This document shows positions 27,180 to 39,739 of a stretch of 64,000 nucleotides of DNA, piece after piece; position 1 is the stretch's first letter, and the number at the start of each line of letters is the position of its first letter. A program made the position numbers and the translations under genes. Source of the stretch: an uncultured Verrucomicrobiae bacterium (GTDB lineage Bacteria; Verrucomicrobiota; Verrucomicrobiia; Chthoniobacterales; UBA10450); the NCBI GenBank assembly GCA_963720895.1, contig CAVRGZ010000006.1, positions 8,328-72,327 on the forward strand, written 5' to 3'. The notes below the pieces were generated by a model that had not been told where the DNA came from, made no database searches, and worked only from the letters and a program-made list of their open reading frames with translations.

Positions 27180-30100
27180 ATGATATTTCAGCGGACCAAA
27201 GTTGCGGGCGCAATCTTCGTCGCCATCTTCCAAAGTCCGGAGAGCGGGCGAGCTGTGCTGAGCAATCTGCGCCGGGGGGGATTCGGCCGGTCGGCGTTGT
27301 TGCGTTCCTCGGCGAGTGGCAAGGTGCGCGTAGGCGGCCGGCGCGCGGTTCGCGAGGCCGCTATCCCAGCTATGATTGGCCTTCTTACCGGGGCCTTTCT
27401 GCTCTGGCGGGAATGGCTGTCCACCGGCCCCGCGTCGACGCTGAAAATTGTTCTGATTCTGGCTGGATTCGCGATGGGAGCCGCGATCGTCGGTTGGTTC
27501 GTATCTCGCCTTTTCGAAAAACGCCCTGACGGCCCGAGTGAAGCCAGATTCAAGCGCTCGATCCTGCCCAATGAAACGATGGTGTTGGTCGAGGTGGCGC
27601 CCGGCGATGTTTCGCGGGTCTTGGAAATTTTGCGCGACGTCGGAGAAGACCCGTCGGTCCTGTTTGCTTTTCATTCGACAGCAAAATTTGAATTTGAGCC
27701 GACCACGCGACTTTTCCGTAGAGAAGCCCCTTCCGGCCAACGGCTCGCGGAAAAAGCAGCGCGCCTCGCGGAGTCGATTTCGACGCATCGCGGCAAAGTG
27801 GCGGGCGGCCCGTCCCTGCTTCGTCGCCTGCGCGAGAGCGAGTGCATCCTGAAGTGGACAGATGCCGGGCTCTCTGTGTCGGCGGAGGTGAACCAAAGCT
27901 TCGGGTTGTCGAGCGAGTGGCTCCTGGATAACGCCTACCTAATCCAGGAACAGATCAACGATGTCCGGCGCAGCCTTCCGCAAAAATATTACGCGAGAAC
28001 TGCCGATCGTTGCTGGCGGCCCGCAGGCAGGAGTTCCACGAGTTTATCGGATTGCGTCGGAAATTGTCGCGGAAAGTGATGGGGCACTGGATACTGAGAT
28101 CATTCGGAATTTTCTTGTCGCCTTCCAAACCGGCACGGCGCTCAAGATCGGCGAACTCTGGGCCATTCCCTCGATGTTGCGTCTGCGGCTGATCGAGTGT
28201 CTCCGCTCCCTGGCGATCGAAGTCGAGCAACTCCAGCAGGACAGTGAGGAAGCGGACTTTTGGGCGAACCGCCTCATCACAGCCGCGCGGCGCAGTCCCG
28301 AGCGGCTGCTCAAGATGACGGAGGAATTGGTCCAACGTCATCCACAACCGACGGCGCATTTTGCGAGCGAACTGGTGGCCCACCTCTACGACGAAGAAGC
28401 GCCCCTTCCGATCGTGACGAGCTGGCTCGAACGGTCTTTGCGCGCGCCTTTGCTCGAGGTGGTTCAGCAGGAACATCGGCGCCAGGCCGTGCAACAGGCT
28501 TCGCTTTCGAATGTGATTGGCAGTTGCCGCCGGCTGGCGCAGATCCAATGGGGAGAACTTTTCGAGGCGGTCAGCCGGCCCGATGCCGAACTGGCGAAAG
28601 ATCCTGCCGGTGTTTATCCACGGGTCGATTTCGAAACGCGTAATCGTTATCGCGACGCGGTCGAGCAATTGGCAAAATGGTCGAAGTGCTCGGAATTGGA
28701 AATCATCGAGCGCGGTCTCGCATTGGCTGCGGTTGCCGAGGACGAGGTCGCGCGACATATCGGCTACTATTTAATCGACGGGGGCAGGCCTGCACTCGAG
28801 CGGGAGGCCGGGTGTCGTGTTCCTTTGCGAGAACGTGAGCGGCGCTGGCTTCGCTCGCACGCCGCGGTGTTTTATTTTGGAAACATTTTCCTTCTTACTG
28901 TCCTGACAGTCGTCGCTCCTCTCGCACTTACGGCATCAGGCACTCCGCTATTCGTCCGCTGTCTGATCAGTCTTCTCCTCTTGCTGCCGGCGAACGAGCT
29001 GGCTGTCCTGACGGTAAACTATCTCGTCACGTCGCTCCTTCCTCCGCAGGTGCTGCCGAAAATGTCCTTTAGGAAGAAAGGCGTTCCTGACAATTGCCGG
29101 ACGCTCGTCGTGGTGCCGATGTTGCTCACGACGCCGGACGCGATTCGCAATGAGCTCGGCCGTCTCGAAATTCGTTACCTGGCGAATTCGGACCCGAATT
29201 TGCATTACGCGCTGCTCAGCGATTTTGCCGACGCCCCCATGCAGAACATGCCGGAGGACGCGGAATATTTCGAGATTGTCGCGCACGGAATCGCGGACCT
29301 GAATCAACGGCACGGCGCCGGACGTTTTTTTCTTTTTCATCGCCAGCGTTCCTGGGGCGAGAGCGAACAGCGCTGGCTCGGCTGGGAACGCAAGCGAGGC
29401 AAGCTGGAACAACTCAATCGCTTTCTCATGGGCGAATCTGCGCCAGAGCTGGAGCATTTCCTTTGCGTCGGAGAGAGAGGCGCGATCGATGACATCCGGT
29501 TTGTCATCACGTTGGATGCGGACACCCAACTGCTGCGCGACACAGCGCGGCGTTTGATCGAAACGCTGGCGCATCCTCTCAATCAGCCGCGCCTTTCGGC
29601 AGATGGACGCAAAGTCACACGCGGTTACACCATCATCCAACCGCGAGTCAGTGCCACCCTCCCAAGCGCAACCGCGACCTGGTTCTCACGCATCTTCGCC
29701 GATTCCCGCGGGATTGATCCTTATACGCATGCCGTCTCTGATGTTTATCAGGACCTGACCGGCGAAGGCAGTTATCACGGCAAGGGCATTTACGATCTGG
29801 CCGCGTTTCATCGCATTCTGTCCGGGCGTTTCCCCGAGGCGCATTTATTAAGTCATGATCTGCTGGAAGGGAGTCACGTTCGCGTCGCGCTCGCGACTGA
29901 TATTGAACTCCTTGATGTTTTTCCGTCGAGTTACATCGCCTGGTGGAATCGGCAACACCGTTGGGTCCGTGGTGATTGGCAGATCATCGACTGGTTGAAA
30001 CCGCGGGTTCCTGGTCGGGACGGCGGTGACTATCCCAATCCCCTTTCCTTCTTTAACCAATGGAAGATTTTCGACAATCTCCGCCGCAGCCTCATCCCGG

Positions 30101-33100
30101 TGGCAGTCGTCGGGCTTCTCCTTGCCGGTTGGTTCCTTTCGTCAGAACCCGTCTTATGGAGTTTGCTCGTCGCGGGATTGTTGCTCTGGCCGGTCATCAA
30201 TTCGCTCGTCGCGCTCCTCCTTCACCCGCCGCCTCCGGGAACCCGGTTTTGGCGTGAGCCGCGCGACCGCCTCATCCGATCGGCTCTCGCGCTGGTCTTT
30301 CTCCCGGACTACGCCGGGCTGACTCTGAATGCGATCGCACGGGTTGCCTATCGCCGGCTCAAGTCACACCGTTTTCTTTTGGAATGGGAGACCGCGCAGG
30401 AGGCGCATAGCCGGGCAAGGAATCAGGAATGGCAGTTTGTTCTCGCTCGTTTATGGATTCCGGGACTGGCGGTTTTATTGTTTTACCTCCTCGCCTATGT
30501 CGGGCGGGGCGCGCTCATGGCGGCGCTGCCTTTTCTCACCTTGTGGGTTCTCTTTCCGCTGGTTGTCCTGCTGATCAATCGACCGGCGATGACTGCGCGA
30601 GGAGGAATATTAAGTCTGGCTGATCGCAAGATGCTGCGCGCCACCGCGCGACGAACCTGGCGCTATTTCGACGATTTTGTCGGACCGGAAACGCACTGGC
30701 TCCCACCGGACAATGTGCAAGAAATACCCACGCGCGAAATTTTCCTGCGCACCTCGCCGACCAACATCGGCCTTTGGATGCTTGCTACCTTAGCCGCGAA
30801 CGACTTCGGCTATCTCACACTCGACGACCTGACGGCGCGCAATCTCGCGACTCTCAAAACGATTGGACAGCTCGAGTTATTCGAGGGTCATCTTTTTAAC
30901 TGGTATGACATTGGCAAGCTCGAACCGCTCCACCCGCGCTATGTCTCGACCGTCGACAGCGGCAATCTTATCGCGACCTTGTGGACCTTCACGATCGGAT
31001 GCGTCGAGTTGACGGCAAGGCCGGTGCTGGACGGTGCTAGCCTTCGCGGATTAGCCGATACACTGGCGGTGGTGCGTCAGGTGGCCGGCACAATCGATGA
31101 AACCAACCAGCAGCCGTCGGCCCTGATCGTCCTCGAGAGACTTACGGCAGGTCAGACGGTGAATCTCGTCGAAGTCATCACCCGTCTGCGTTCGGCTCGA
31201 GAGCCCGCAAAGAAACTGGCCGAAAGCTTCTTTGCTGACAAGGGCGATCCACGTGCCTACTGGTCGAGGCAGGTGGAAAGGCAGGTCGAGGCCTGGAATG
31301 GGATTATCGACCGTTATCTGCGGCCACTGGAAATTCTGGCCGCGTCGCCGGCGCAGTTAATGTCGTTAGGGACGGCCGCGCATGAATGCCGGCGCGACGC
31401 TCTTGCCGCGACCTATTCTCTGCGCAACATCGCCAGCACCGGGATCGCGGGACTGACGACGCTCATCGCCTTTCAATCGCGCCGGGACGAGTTGCAGCTT
31501 CCGCAGGCCGTCGGCGAATGGCTCGACAGTCTGGTTAGGGAGGTGGCACGAGCTGAGCAGAACGCGACGCAACAACTGGCACAGACCGACGAGATCATCG
31601 GTCGCATCGGCGAGTTGGAAGCCGGAATGAAGCTGGGCTTTCTCTACGACGAACAACGACGCATTTTCGCGATTGGCTATCAGGTGGGCGAACGCCGCCT
31701 CGATAACTCGTTTTACGATCTGCTCGCGAGCGAAGCGCGCCTAACGAGCCTGCTTGCGATCGCGCGGGGCGATGTCCCGTTGGAGCATTGGTGGGCCCTT
31801 GGTCGCCCCTTTGGCTCAGCCTATGGGCGGCTTCCTCTCCTTTCCTGGAGCGGCACCATGTTTGAGTACCTCATGCCTGTTTTGTTCACCCGCACTCATG
31901 AGGATTCCCTCCTCGACCGCGCCTGTCACGATGCGGTCCATTGCCAGATTGCCTATGGCGAGAACCTTGGAGTGCCATGGGGTATTTCGGAGTCGGCCTT
32001 CAGTGCGGTCGACCGGAATCATGTCTATCAATACCGCGCTTTCGGCGTCCCGGCGCTGGCTTTGAAACGCGGTCAGGAACGCGACCTGGTCGTCGCGCCC
32101 TATGCGTCGGCTCTGGCCCTCGGGATTGAACCGGTCGCCGCGGTCAAGAATCTGCGAAAGCTCGCGCTTGTCGGCGACGCCGCCATGTTGGGCGATCACG
32201 GTTACTACGAGTCACTCGACTATTCGAGACGGAGCGAACCGGGTGGGGCAGCAGGAATCGCGGTCCGTTGTTACATGGTTCATCACCAGGGAATGTCGCT
32301 CCTTGCCTTCGACAACGCGCTCCATGACGGCGTGATGCGGCGGCGGTTCCACTCCGATCCGCGGATTCGCGCGACCGAACCTCTCCTCCACGAACATATC
32401 CCGAGCACCATTCTCCCGACAACGGGTGGAGCGCACGAGGAGCGCCCGCTTCCGCGAGTGATTCCAGTCGTCGGGGCCGCCGCCGCCCCGCCGCACACGG
32501 CCGACACTTTGACGCCGCGAACGCAGTTGCTTTCCAACGGCAACTGCTCGCTGATGGTGACCAACTCCGGGGGCGGCTATCTCCGCTGGCTGGATTTCGA
32601 CATCACAAGATGGCGCGCAGATACGACGCGCGACGTGCCGGGGGCGGCCTGTTATGTGCGGGACCTCGATCGCGAAATTGTCTGGAGCACGACCAATCAG
32701 CCGGTGCCTGCGCCCAAATCGCGTTACACCTGGATCTTTACCCCCGACAAAGCTGAGTTCCGTCGCACCACCGAACCATGCGATACCTTTACCGAGATCG
32801 CGGTTTCCGCCGAAGACGACGCCGAGGTTCGCCTCATCACGTTGGTCAACATTTCCCGCAAAGCCTGTCGCCTCGAATTGACCAGTTACGCCGAACTCGC
32901 GCTCGCACCGCATAAGACCGATCGCGCGCACCCGGCTTTCAACAAGCTTTTTATCGAAACAGAATGGCTTCCCCATTGCGAGGCCTTGCTCGCCCATCGC
33001 CGCCAGCGTGCGCCCGATGATCGCCCGATCTGGGTGGCACATTTGCTGGTCACGGAATCACCATCGGCCGAACCGCCTGAATTTGAGACGGACCGCGCGC

Positions 33101-36100
33101 GCTTTGTTGGCCGGGGCCGCACTCTTGAAAATCCGGACGCCGTCAGAGCTAATCTGACGAATAGCAGCGGCGCTGTGCTCGATCCGATTTTCAGCCTCCG
33201 TCGTCGAGTCACGATCGCTCCCAATGGACGCTTCCAGTTTTCCATCGTAACGGTGGTGGCGGATTCGCGGGAGGCGGTCGTTGGATTGGCCGAGCGCTAT
33301 TCGGAGTTCCGCGTTTCGACTCGCGCTTTCGAAACCGCGTGGACCCGCGCGCAACTCGAGCTGCGCCGTCTCCACATCCGGCCTAACGATGTTCAGCTCT
33401 TCCAGCAACTCGCAGGGCACGTTCTTTTCCCGCAGCCGCAATTGCGCCCTCCCCCAGCCCGCCTCGGACGTTCGAGCGCCGGTCAGCGGGCGCTCTGGGC
33501 GCAGGGTATCTCCGGCGACGTGCCGATCGTCGTCGTGACGATTGCTCATCTGCGGGATGTGGAAGTGGTGCGCGAACTTCTCACCGCGCACACCTTCTGG
33601 CATTTGCGCGGGCTAAAGGTCGATCTCGTCCTGATCAGCGAAGAAATTCCGAGCTACGACGAACCACTAACCGATCATCTGCGGCGACTGGCCGAAGCTC
33701 ATGCCCAGCTCACCGGGGTCGATCAGCCCGGAGGCGTTTTCCTGCGATCGGCGAACAAGATGTCGAAGGAAGAACTCGGCGTCATTCAGTCCGCGGCGCG
33801 TGCAGTGTTGATCGCGGCACGCGGCACACTCCGCCAGCAACTGGCCGCGACGGCGCCCGCCTCGCCGCAGCTCAAACTGCTAGCCCCCGGCGAAGAGACT
33901 CGCGAAGAACCGTCGCCCCCGTTGCCCTTCATGGAACTGGCCTATTTCAACGGCCTCGGCGGTTTTACCCTGAACGGAAAAGAATACGCGATTTACCTCG
34001 GACCAGACACGCAGACCCCTGCTCCGTGGGTCAACATCATGGCGAACCCGAACTTCGGCGCTCTCGTCTCCGAATCGGGCTCGGGCTTCACCTGGTCCGG
34101 CAACAGTCAAAGCAATCGCCTGACGCCTTGGTTTAATGACCCTGTCTCTGATCCTGCCGGATCAGCGATCTATATTCGTGATGACGATCTCGGCGTTTTC
34201 TGGTCGCCGACACCGCTGCCGATCCGGGAGCAGGATGCTTATCGTGTGCGACACGGCCAGGGCTACTCGATTTTCGAACATAACAGTCACGCGATCGAGC
34301 AGGAGCTTCTCATCGTCGTCCCGGTCAATTCAGCGGGCGGACTTCCAGTGCGCCTGGAACGACTTCGCTTGCGCAACCTTTCGTCTCATCACCGCAAGTT
34401 AACGATTACTTCCTACGCCGCGCTCGTTCTCGGTCCCGACCCGGAGGAAACGCGAATGCATGTCGTAACAAAATGGGACCTTGAGAGTCAGAGTCTCTTC
34501 GCCCGCAATCCCTATAGTTCGGACTTTTCCGACCGCACGACCTTTGTTAGCTCAAGTCCGCCGCCAACTTCTTTCACGGGCGATCGGGCGGCTTTTCTCG
34601 GAAGAAATCGGTCCATGCGCGATCCCGCGGCAATGGAACAGGAGGGATTAACCGGCGACACCGGTGCCGGAATGGATCCGTGCGCCGCGGTCCAGCTGAC
34701 TCTTAAACTGGAGCCGGGAGAATCAGCGGAGGTTACCTTCCTTCTCGGTCAGTCGCCTAACGAGACTGAGGCTCGCGCACTCGTGCAACGGTTCCGCGAT
34801 CCTTCCAACGTTGAAGCTACGTTCCAGGAAACACGCGGTTGGTGGGACAATCTCCTCGAGACCATCCAGGTCGAAACGCCCGAGGCTTCCGCCAATGTTT
34901 TGCTCAATCACTGGCTGCTCTATCAAACCTTAAGCTGCCGTGTCTGGGGACGCTCGGCCTTATATCAATCGAGCGGCGCCTACGGCTTTCGCGATCAACT
35001 CCAGGATGTCATGGCCCTGGTTCATACTGCCCCAGAGATCGCCCGCGAACAGATTTTGCGCGCCGCGGCGCGACAATTCCTGGAGGGCGACGTCCAGCAT
35101 TGGTGGCTTCCCGAATCCGGCGCCGGCGTCCGCACCCGGATCAGCGACGATCTGCTTTGGCTTCCATTTGTGACTGCCCACTACGTACGGGCCACGGGTG
35201 ACGCTGCGATTCTCGACCAACTGGTCCCTTTCCTGGAAGCCAAGCCGCTCGAGGAAAATGAGACTGGAAAGCTTTTCGGTTCCCGCCAATCTCAGCCACC
35301 GAGGCTTCGTTGCTCGAACATTGCCGACGGGCCATTTCCCATGCGTCCACCTCGGGTCCTCATGGCCTCCCGCTGATTGGAACGGGAGATTGGAACGATG
35401 GCCTCAATCGGGTCGGCGTCGGCGGCAAAGGCGAGAGTATCTGGCTGGCCTGGTTCGAAATTTGCGTCCTGAGAGATTTCGCCGAACTCATCGAGGGGCG
35501 AAATAAGGAAGAAGCGCTTGCTTATCGTAGTCGTATTGCGGCTCTTGTCGCGGCCATTGAGGATCACGCGTGGGACGGCGCTTGGTATCGGCGCGGGTAT
35601 TTCGACGACGGCACTCCCCTTGGTTCGAAGGAATCGGCCGAGGCGCAGATCGATTCCATTGCGCAATCATGGGCCGCGATTTCCGGCGCGGCCGATGATG
35701 ACCGGGTCGAAAAAGCCCTGCGCTCGGTCGATGAACAGCTCGTCCGTGACACCGAGCAGATAATTCTGCTCTTCACTCCGCCCTTTGATCAGTCGTCGCA
35801 TGATGTCGGCTATATCAAGGGCTATCCGCCGGGAGTGCGAGAAAATGGTGGCCAGTACACTCATGCCGCAGCTTGGGTGGCGATGGCCTTCGCGCGTCAG
35901 GGCGACGGCGACAGGGCCGTTTCTCTTCTCCGGATGTTAAACCCGGTCGAGCATGCTCGCGCGGAGCAGGATTACGAACGTTACAAAGTCGAGCCTTATG
36001 TCATGGCGGGAGATGTTTATGCATTAAAGAATCACGTTGGGCGTGGTGGCTGGACTTGGTACACAGGCGCCGCGAGCTGGATTTATCGCGTCTGGCTGGA

Positions 36101-36347
36101 GGAAGTTCTTGGGTTCAAACGGCGCGGCGACAGACTAATGATCGACCCGGTTGTGCCGAAGGACTGGTCGAGGTTCCGTCTGCGCTACCGCCATCAAAAT
36201 ACTCACTACGATATCGCGGTTGAAAACCCCGAGCATATCTCCCGTGGAGTCGATCTGGTCGAGTTGGATGGCGTAACCGTTCCCGACAAGACGATCATAC
36301 TGCGCGACGACGGTGGATCCCACGACATCCGGGTGCGCATGGGTTGA
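27180..36347 (+). pseudogene. Giant cyclic beta-1,2-glucan synthase-like protein (NdvB/Cgs-type glycosyltransferase plus GH94 phosphorylase-like domain), about 3050 aa, at least 3 frame disruptions as assembled
   Basis: ORFs 27117..28079, 27961..35376 and 35310..36347 read through as one protein. Segments are: SEWLLDNAYLIQEQINDVRRSLPQKYY | RELPIVAGGPQAGVPRVYRIASEIV; GELWAIPSMLRLRLIE; a GT region with VITLDADTQL; several TM helices; and a C-terminal GH94-type region with HGLPLIGTGDWNDGLNRVGVGGKGESIW. The junctions lie at about 27990 and about 35260-35300. Confidence 0.8.
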
Positions 36348-36560
36348 GTGCGCATGTTTTAGGCAACCGCCGTATCCAAGGCCTCTTTTTCTAGGGATGG
36401 AAGAGCCCGCAACCTCCGGGGAGCACGGCGCCCCGCCCGCTGTGTCACACGCCTCGCGGGGCACACTCTGGACGCGGGGAGGTTTTGGCGAGGTGCCAAA
36501 AAGGGCGGGCGGGACGTCCCGCGCGCCCCGAAGGCTGCGCTGCGAAACCACGTCTGAGCA

Positions 36561-37427
36561 TCAAATCGTGCTCCCGCTCCATTTCAGCTTTTGGCGGACT
36601 ACGCCGAAAAATGAGAGCTCGGGCAGAACGGCCAGTGGCAGGACTTCCCGCGAGCGACGGATCGTAACAATCGAACCAAACTCCAACGGCACCGGGCTGC
36701 GGCCGTCCAAGGTCAGGAAGACAGGGTAATCCGGTTCGCTGCCCTCTACCTCAATGACGGAATGATCGCCCACGATGACGGAACGATTGGTGAGGACATG
36801 CGGGCAGATCGGCGTGATCACAAAAACACCAGATTGCGGTTCAAGGATCGGCCCACCCGCAGAAAGTGAATAGGCCGTCGATCCCGTGGGGGTCGCGACG
36901 ACCAGGCCGTCGGCGTTGAATTCGGTCAGCGGGGCGCCATTCACCCGCGTGCGCAGGCGGATGAGCCGTGAAATCTCGCCCCGGCTGATGACGGCGTCGT
37001 TGAGCGCGACCGTCTCACGAACACACTCGGTGCCTTTGGCAATTTCCACCGACAACAGGACGCGTTCGCTAAGGGCAAACTTCCCGCTCACGATCGAGCT
37101 GACGGCTTCGAGATAAGCGGAGGAATTCAGACAGGTGAGGAAACCGAGCGAACCAATGTTGATTCCAAAGATGGGTTTGATGGTGTCGTCGAGGCGAGCT
37201 ACGACGTTCAAAATGGTCCCGTCGCCTCCCAGGACGACGAGCAGATCCGCTTCCTTCCCGAGTTGCGCGACTGTCTGGCCGTCCGGCAAATCGACGAGCG
37301 CCGCCGTTTCGGTTTCCAACCGCACCCCGACTCCCGCGCGCTTAAACTCCGAGCAGAGCTGACTGACCAACTCAGCCGCGCCGGGTTTTCCAGTGTGCGC
37401 GATCAGGCCGATGGTTTTCGGAGACAT
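36561..37427 (-). CDS. nadK: NAD(+) kinase
   Basis: This is the C-terminal 289 codons of ORF 36561..38147, starting at ATG 37427 (MSPKTIGLIAHTGKP). It carries LLVVLGGDGTILNV (the GGDGT motif), NIGSLGFLT and LVVATPTGSTAYSLSAGGPI. Confidence 0.85.
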   Translation of the reverse strand: MSPKTIGLIAHTGKPGAAELVSQLCSEFKRAGVGVRLETETAALVDLPDGQTVAQLGKEADLLVVLGGDGTILNVVARLDDTIKPIFGINIGSLGFLTCLNSSAYLEAVSSIVSGKFALSERVLLSVEIAKGTECVRETVALNDAVISRGEISRLIRLRTRVNGAPLTEFNADGLVVATPTGSTAYSLSAGGPILEPQSGVFVITPICPHVLTNRSVIVGDHSVIEVEGSEPDYPVFLTLDGRSPVPLEFGSIVTIRRSREVLPLAVLPELSFFGVVRQKLKWSGSTI

Positions 37428-38147
37428 ATGAAGAATTCCTGGTTGCCGTCGGTCCCAGCGATGCTGGAGGGAACCAGCCCTGCCACTCAGCGCGCCGATC
37501 GTTTCTGGCAAAGGCAACGATCTTCTGCTGCGCTTTCTCGTGCAAGCTCGGCTCGAGCGCACGATTCCCGCCGCGCCCACTTCCTCGCGCGCAAGCTCGA
37601 ATTGCGGCTTGATCAAGGCCAGGATCACACCGTCTGGAGTTAGCAATTCGAAGGCATTGGGCAAGATCAAAGTCAGCGAAATGAAAGAAACGTCGATGAC
37701 ACAAATCTCGATCGGATCAGGTACCTCTCGTTCCGTGAAAGTTGCCGCGCATTCGTTTTTTCCAAGGTGACACCTGCTTATCGTTCCGAATTTTCCACGC
37801 CAACTGGCCATGACCGACGTCGACCGCAAAAACTTGCCGCTCCCTTTTCGGAGCAGGCAGTCAGTAAAGCCGCCGGTTGATGCCCCGATATCCAGCGCAG
37901 TCTTTTCGTCGCAAATGATTCCAAAATGCTCGATCGCCCCCTCAAGTTTGATCCCACCGCGTCCGACATAGCGACTGCGGGCGGCAACCGTAATTTCGTG
38001 CTGTTGCTGGACGCAATCCGATGGCTTGGCCGCGACCTGGCCGTCGACTCGCACTTCGCCCGCCATGATCGCCGTTTGCGCCTGATGGCGGCTCGGAAAA
38101 AGCCCGCGCTGGACGAGCGCCTGATCGAGTCGGGTCCCTTTTGCCAT
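37403..38147 (-). pseudogene. tlyA: TlyA-family rRNA 2'-O-methyltransferase (S4 domain plus SAM MTase), several frameshifts as assembled
   Basis: It has an S4 domain (RLDQALVQRGLFPSRHQAQTAIMAGEVRVDG) and a SAM site (ALDIGASTGGFTDCLL). The expected VFAVDVGHGQLAWKIRNDKQV and the C-terminal SSIAGTDGNQEFFICL appear only in other frames. The true stop is at TGA 37403-37405, overlapping the nadK start. Confidence 0.75.
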
Positions 38148-38194
38148 TCCTTAGGCGGGCGCTCCGGCGATCCCAAACGGCTGCTCTTTCCGAG

Positions 38195-39459
38195 TCACAA
38201 CAAACTGGACGCCTCGTGAAGAATTTCTAAAGCTCTTTCAAGTTCACCGAACGAAACGATCAGGGGCGGCATCAATGTAACCGTATTGCGGATATGGCGG
38301 GTGAGCAGGCCCAGCCCGCGCGCTGCCTGGCAGACTTGGGCAGCTCGCAGGTTGTCGCCCGCCAAATCGATCGCTCCAATCATTCCGCAGGATCGGGTCT
38401 CCTTAACCCGTCCGATCCGTGCGATAGCCTGCAAACCGGCTTCGAAGCGTGTCGATCTTTGGCGGTAACGTGTCGATCGTGCCCTCAATCCCGAAAGATG
38501 TCGAGACTGGCCAGTGCCGCCGCGCAGCCCAACGCGTTGCCGGTATAACTGTGGCCGTAGAACAGAGTCGCAGCGGGTTCCACCTTCAGAAACGGTTCGC
38601 ATATTTCATGCGAAATGAGCGTAAGAGCCAACGGTAAGTATCCGCCTGTCAAACCTTTGGCGAAAACATAGAGATCGGGTTGAACTTCTTCGTGCTCGCA
38701 GGCAAACATCTTTCCCGTCCGACCAAAGCCGGTCATTACCTCATCCGCGATCAGGAGCGTTCCGACTTCGTCGCACCACTCTCGAAGGCGTCGGAGAGTG
38801 CCGACAGGCCAAACCTTCATCCCGGCCGCCCCTGGATGATCGGCTCGATGACCACAGCGGCGACCATCTTCCGAATTCGGGCATATTCGACAACTCCCGA
38901 TGTTCTCGACTCGCCGAACTGGAAATTGAGATCCCTCGATTTCCGCTCCAAACATCGCCGCGGCTCCCAGGCTGGCGGCGCCCGCGGTATCGCCGTGGTA
39001 GGCAGTCACGAAAAGAAATGAATATTCGGCGCCTCGATCCCTTTAGCTTCCAATATTGGCTGACGATCCGGAGGGCCGCCTCCATTCCGGTGGATCCATC
39101 ATCGGAGTAAAATACCCGTCCGAATATTCTCTTCCGGAAACAGCTTCACGATTTCGCGGGCCAATTTGATGGCAGGCGGATTGGTCGTTCCGAGAAAAGA
39201 CGTATGTGCGACGCGCTCGAGCTGTTCGCGGATCGCCGCGTTGATCCGCGGATGATTATGCCCATGTACATTTGTCCAGATCGACGAGTTCCCGTCGATG
39301 TATTCGCGCCCGCGACTGTCGCGCAGGATCGCCCCCTCTCCTCCGACGAGCACGAGCGGTTCATGATTCCGGCGCACACCATTCCCCCATCGAAGTAAAG
39401 GGATGCCAGACGTAGCGCTTATCGTCGGATGCCAGCTGCTCGGTATTCCAGCTATCCAT
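38195..39459 (-). pseudogene. bioA: Adenosylmethionine-8-amino-7-oxononanoate aminotransferase, several frameshifts as assembled
   Basis: Colinear pieces lie in ORFs 39361..39633 (MDSWNTEQLASDDKRYVWHPFT), 39099..39713 (LVGGEGAILRDSRGREYIDGNSSIWTNVHGHNHPRINAAI), 38741..39085 ([16 protein letters not shown]), 38485..39009 ([23 protein letters not shown]...[21 protein letters not shown]) and 38195..38602 (C-terminus). Confidence 0.8.
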
Positions 39460-39713
39460 TGCGGGTCTGGTCGCGCAGCATCTTGTCGACGGCCGCGAAG
39501 TCCTCCGCCGAAGCACGCCGGCGCTGATACTTGCGGAAAATGATATCCCGCAGCTCGCGCAGATCGTCGATCGGCGGGACGTCGTAGTAGTTCCATTCTC
39601 TCTTCGTCGTGGAATTTTGCCTGGAACTTCCAATTGCCGCCAAACTTCGTCACGCGGACCTCACGTTTGCGTCCGTCCTCATCCCGCGAGGTCCATATGT
39701 GTTGACTGCGCAT
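39452..39713 (-). pseudogene. Small conserved-looking hypothetical protein upstream of bioA, one frameshift as assembled
   Basis: MRSQHIWTSRDEDGRKREVRVTKFGGNWKFQAKFHDEE (frame of ORF 39099..39713) continues as EWNYYDVPPIDDLRELRDIIFRKYQRRRASAEDFAAVDKMLRDQTRNG* (ORF 39452..39643). No family recognised. Confidence 0.3.
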
Positions 39714-39739
39714 AGCGTCGGCTCCTTACATTAGCATTC

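Noticed and set aside
36561-38147. The 528-aa ORF looks like a TlyA-NAD kinase fusion protein.
   Set aside because: The TlyA part is out of frame in its middle and at its C-terminus. The true C-terminus SSIAGTDGNQEFFICL...* ends at 37403 in another frame. The nadK start (ATG 37427) merely happens to be in phase. These are two genes with the usual short overlap, not a fusion.
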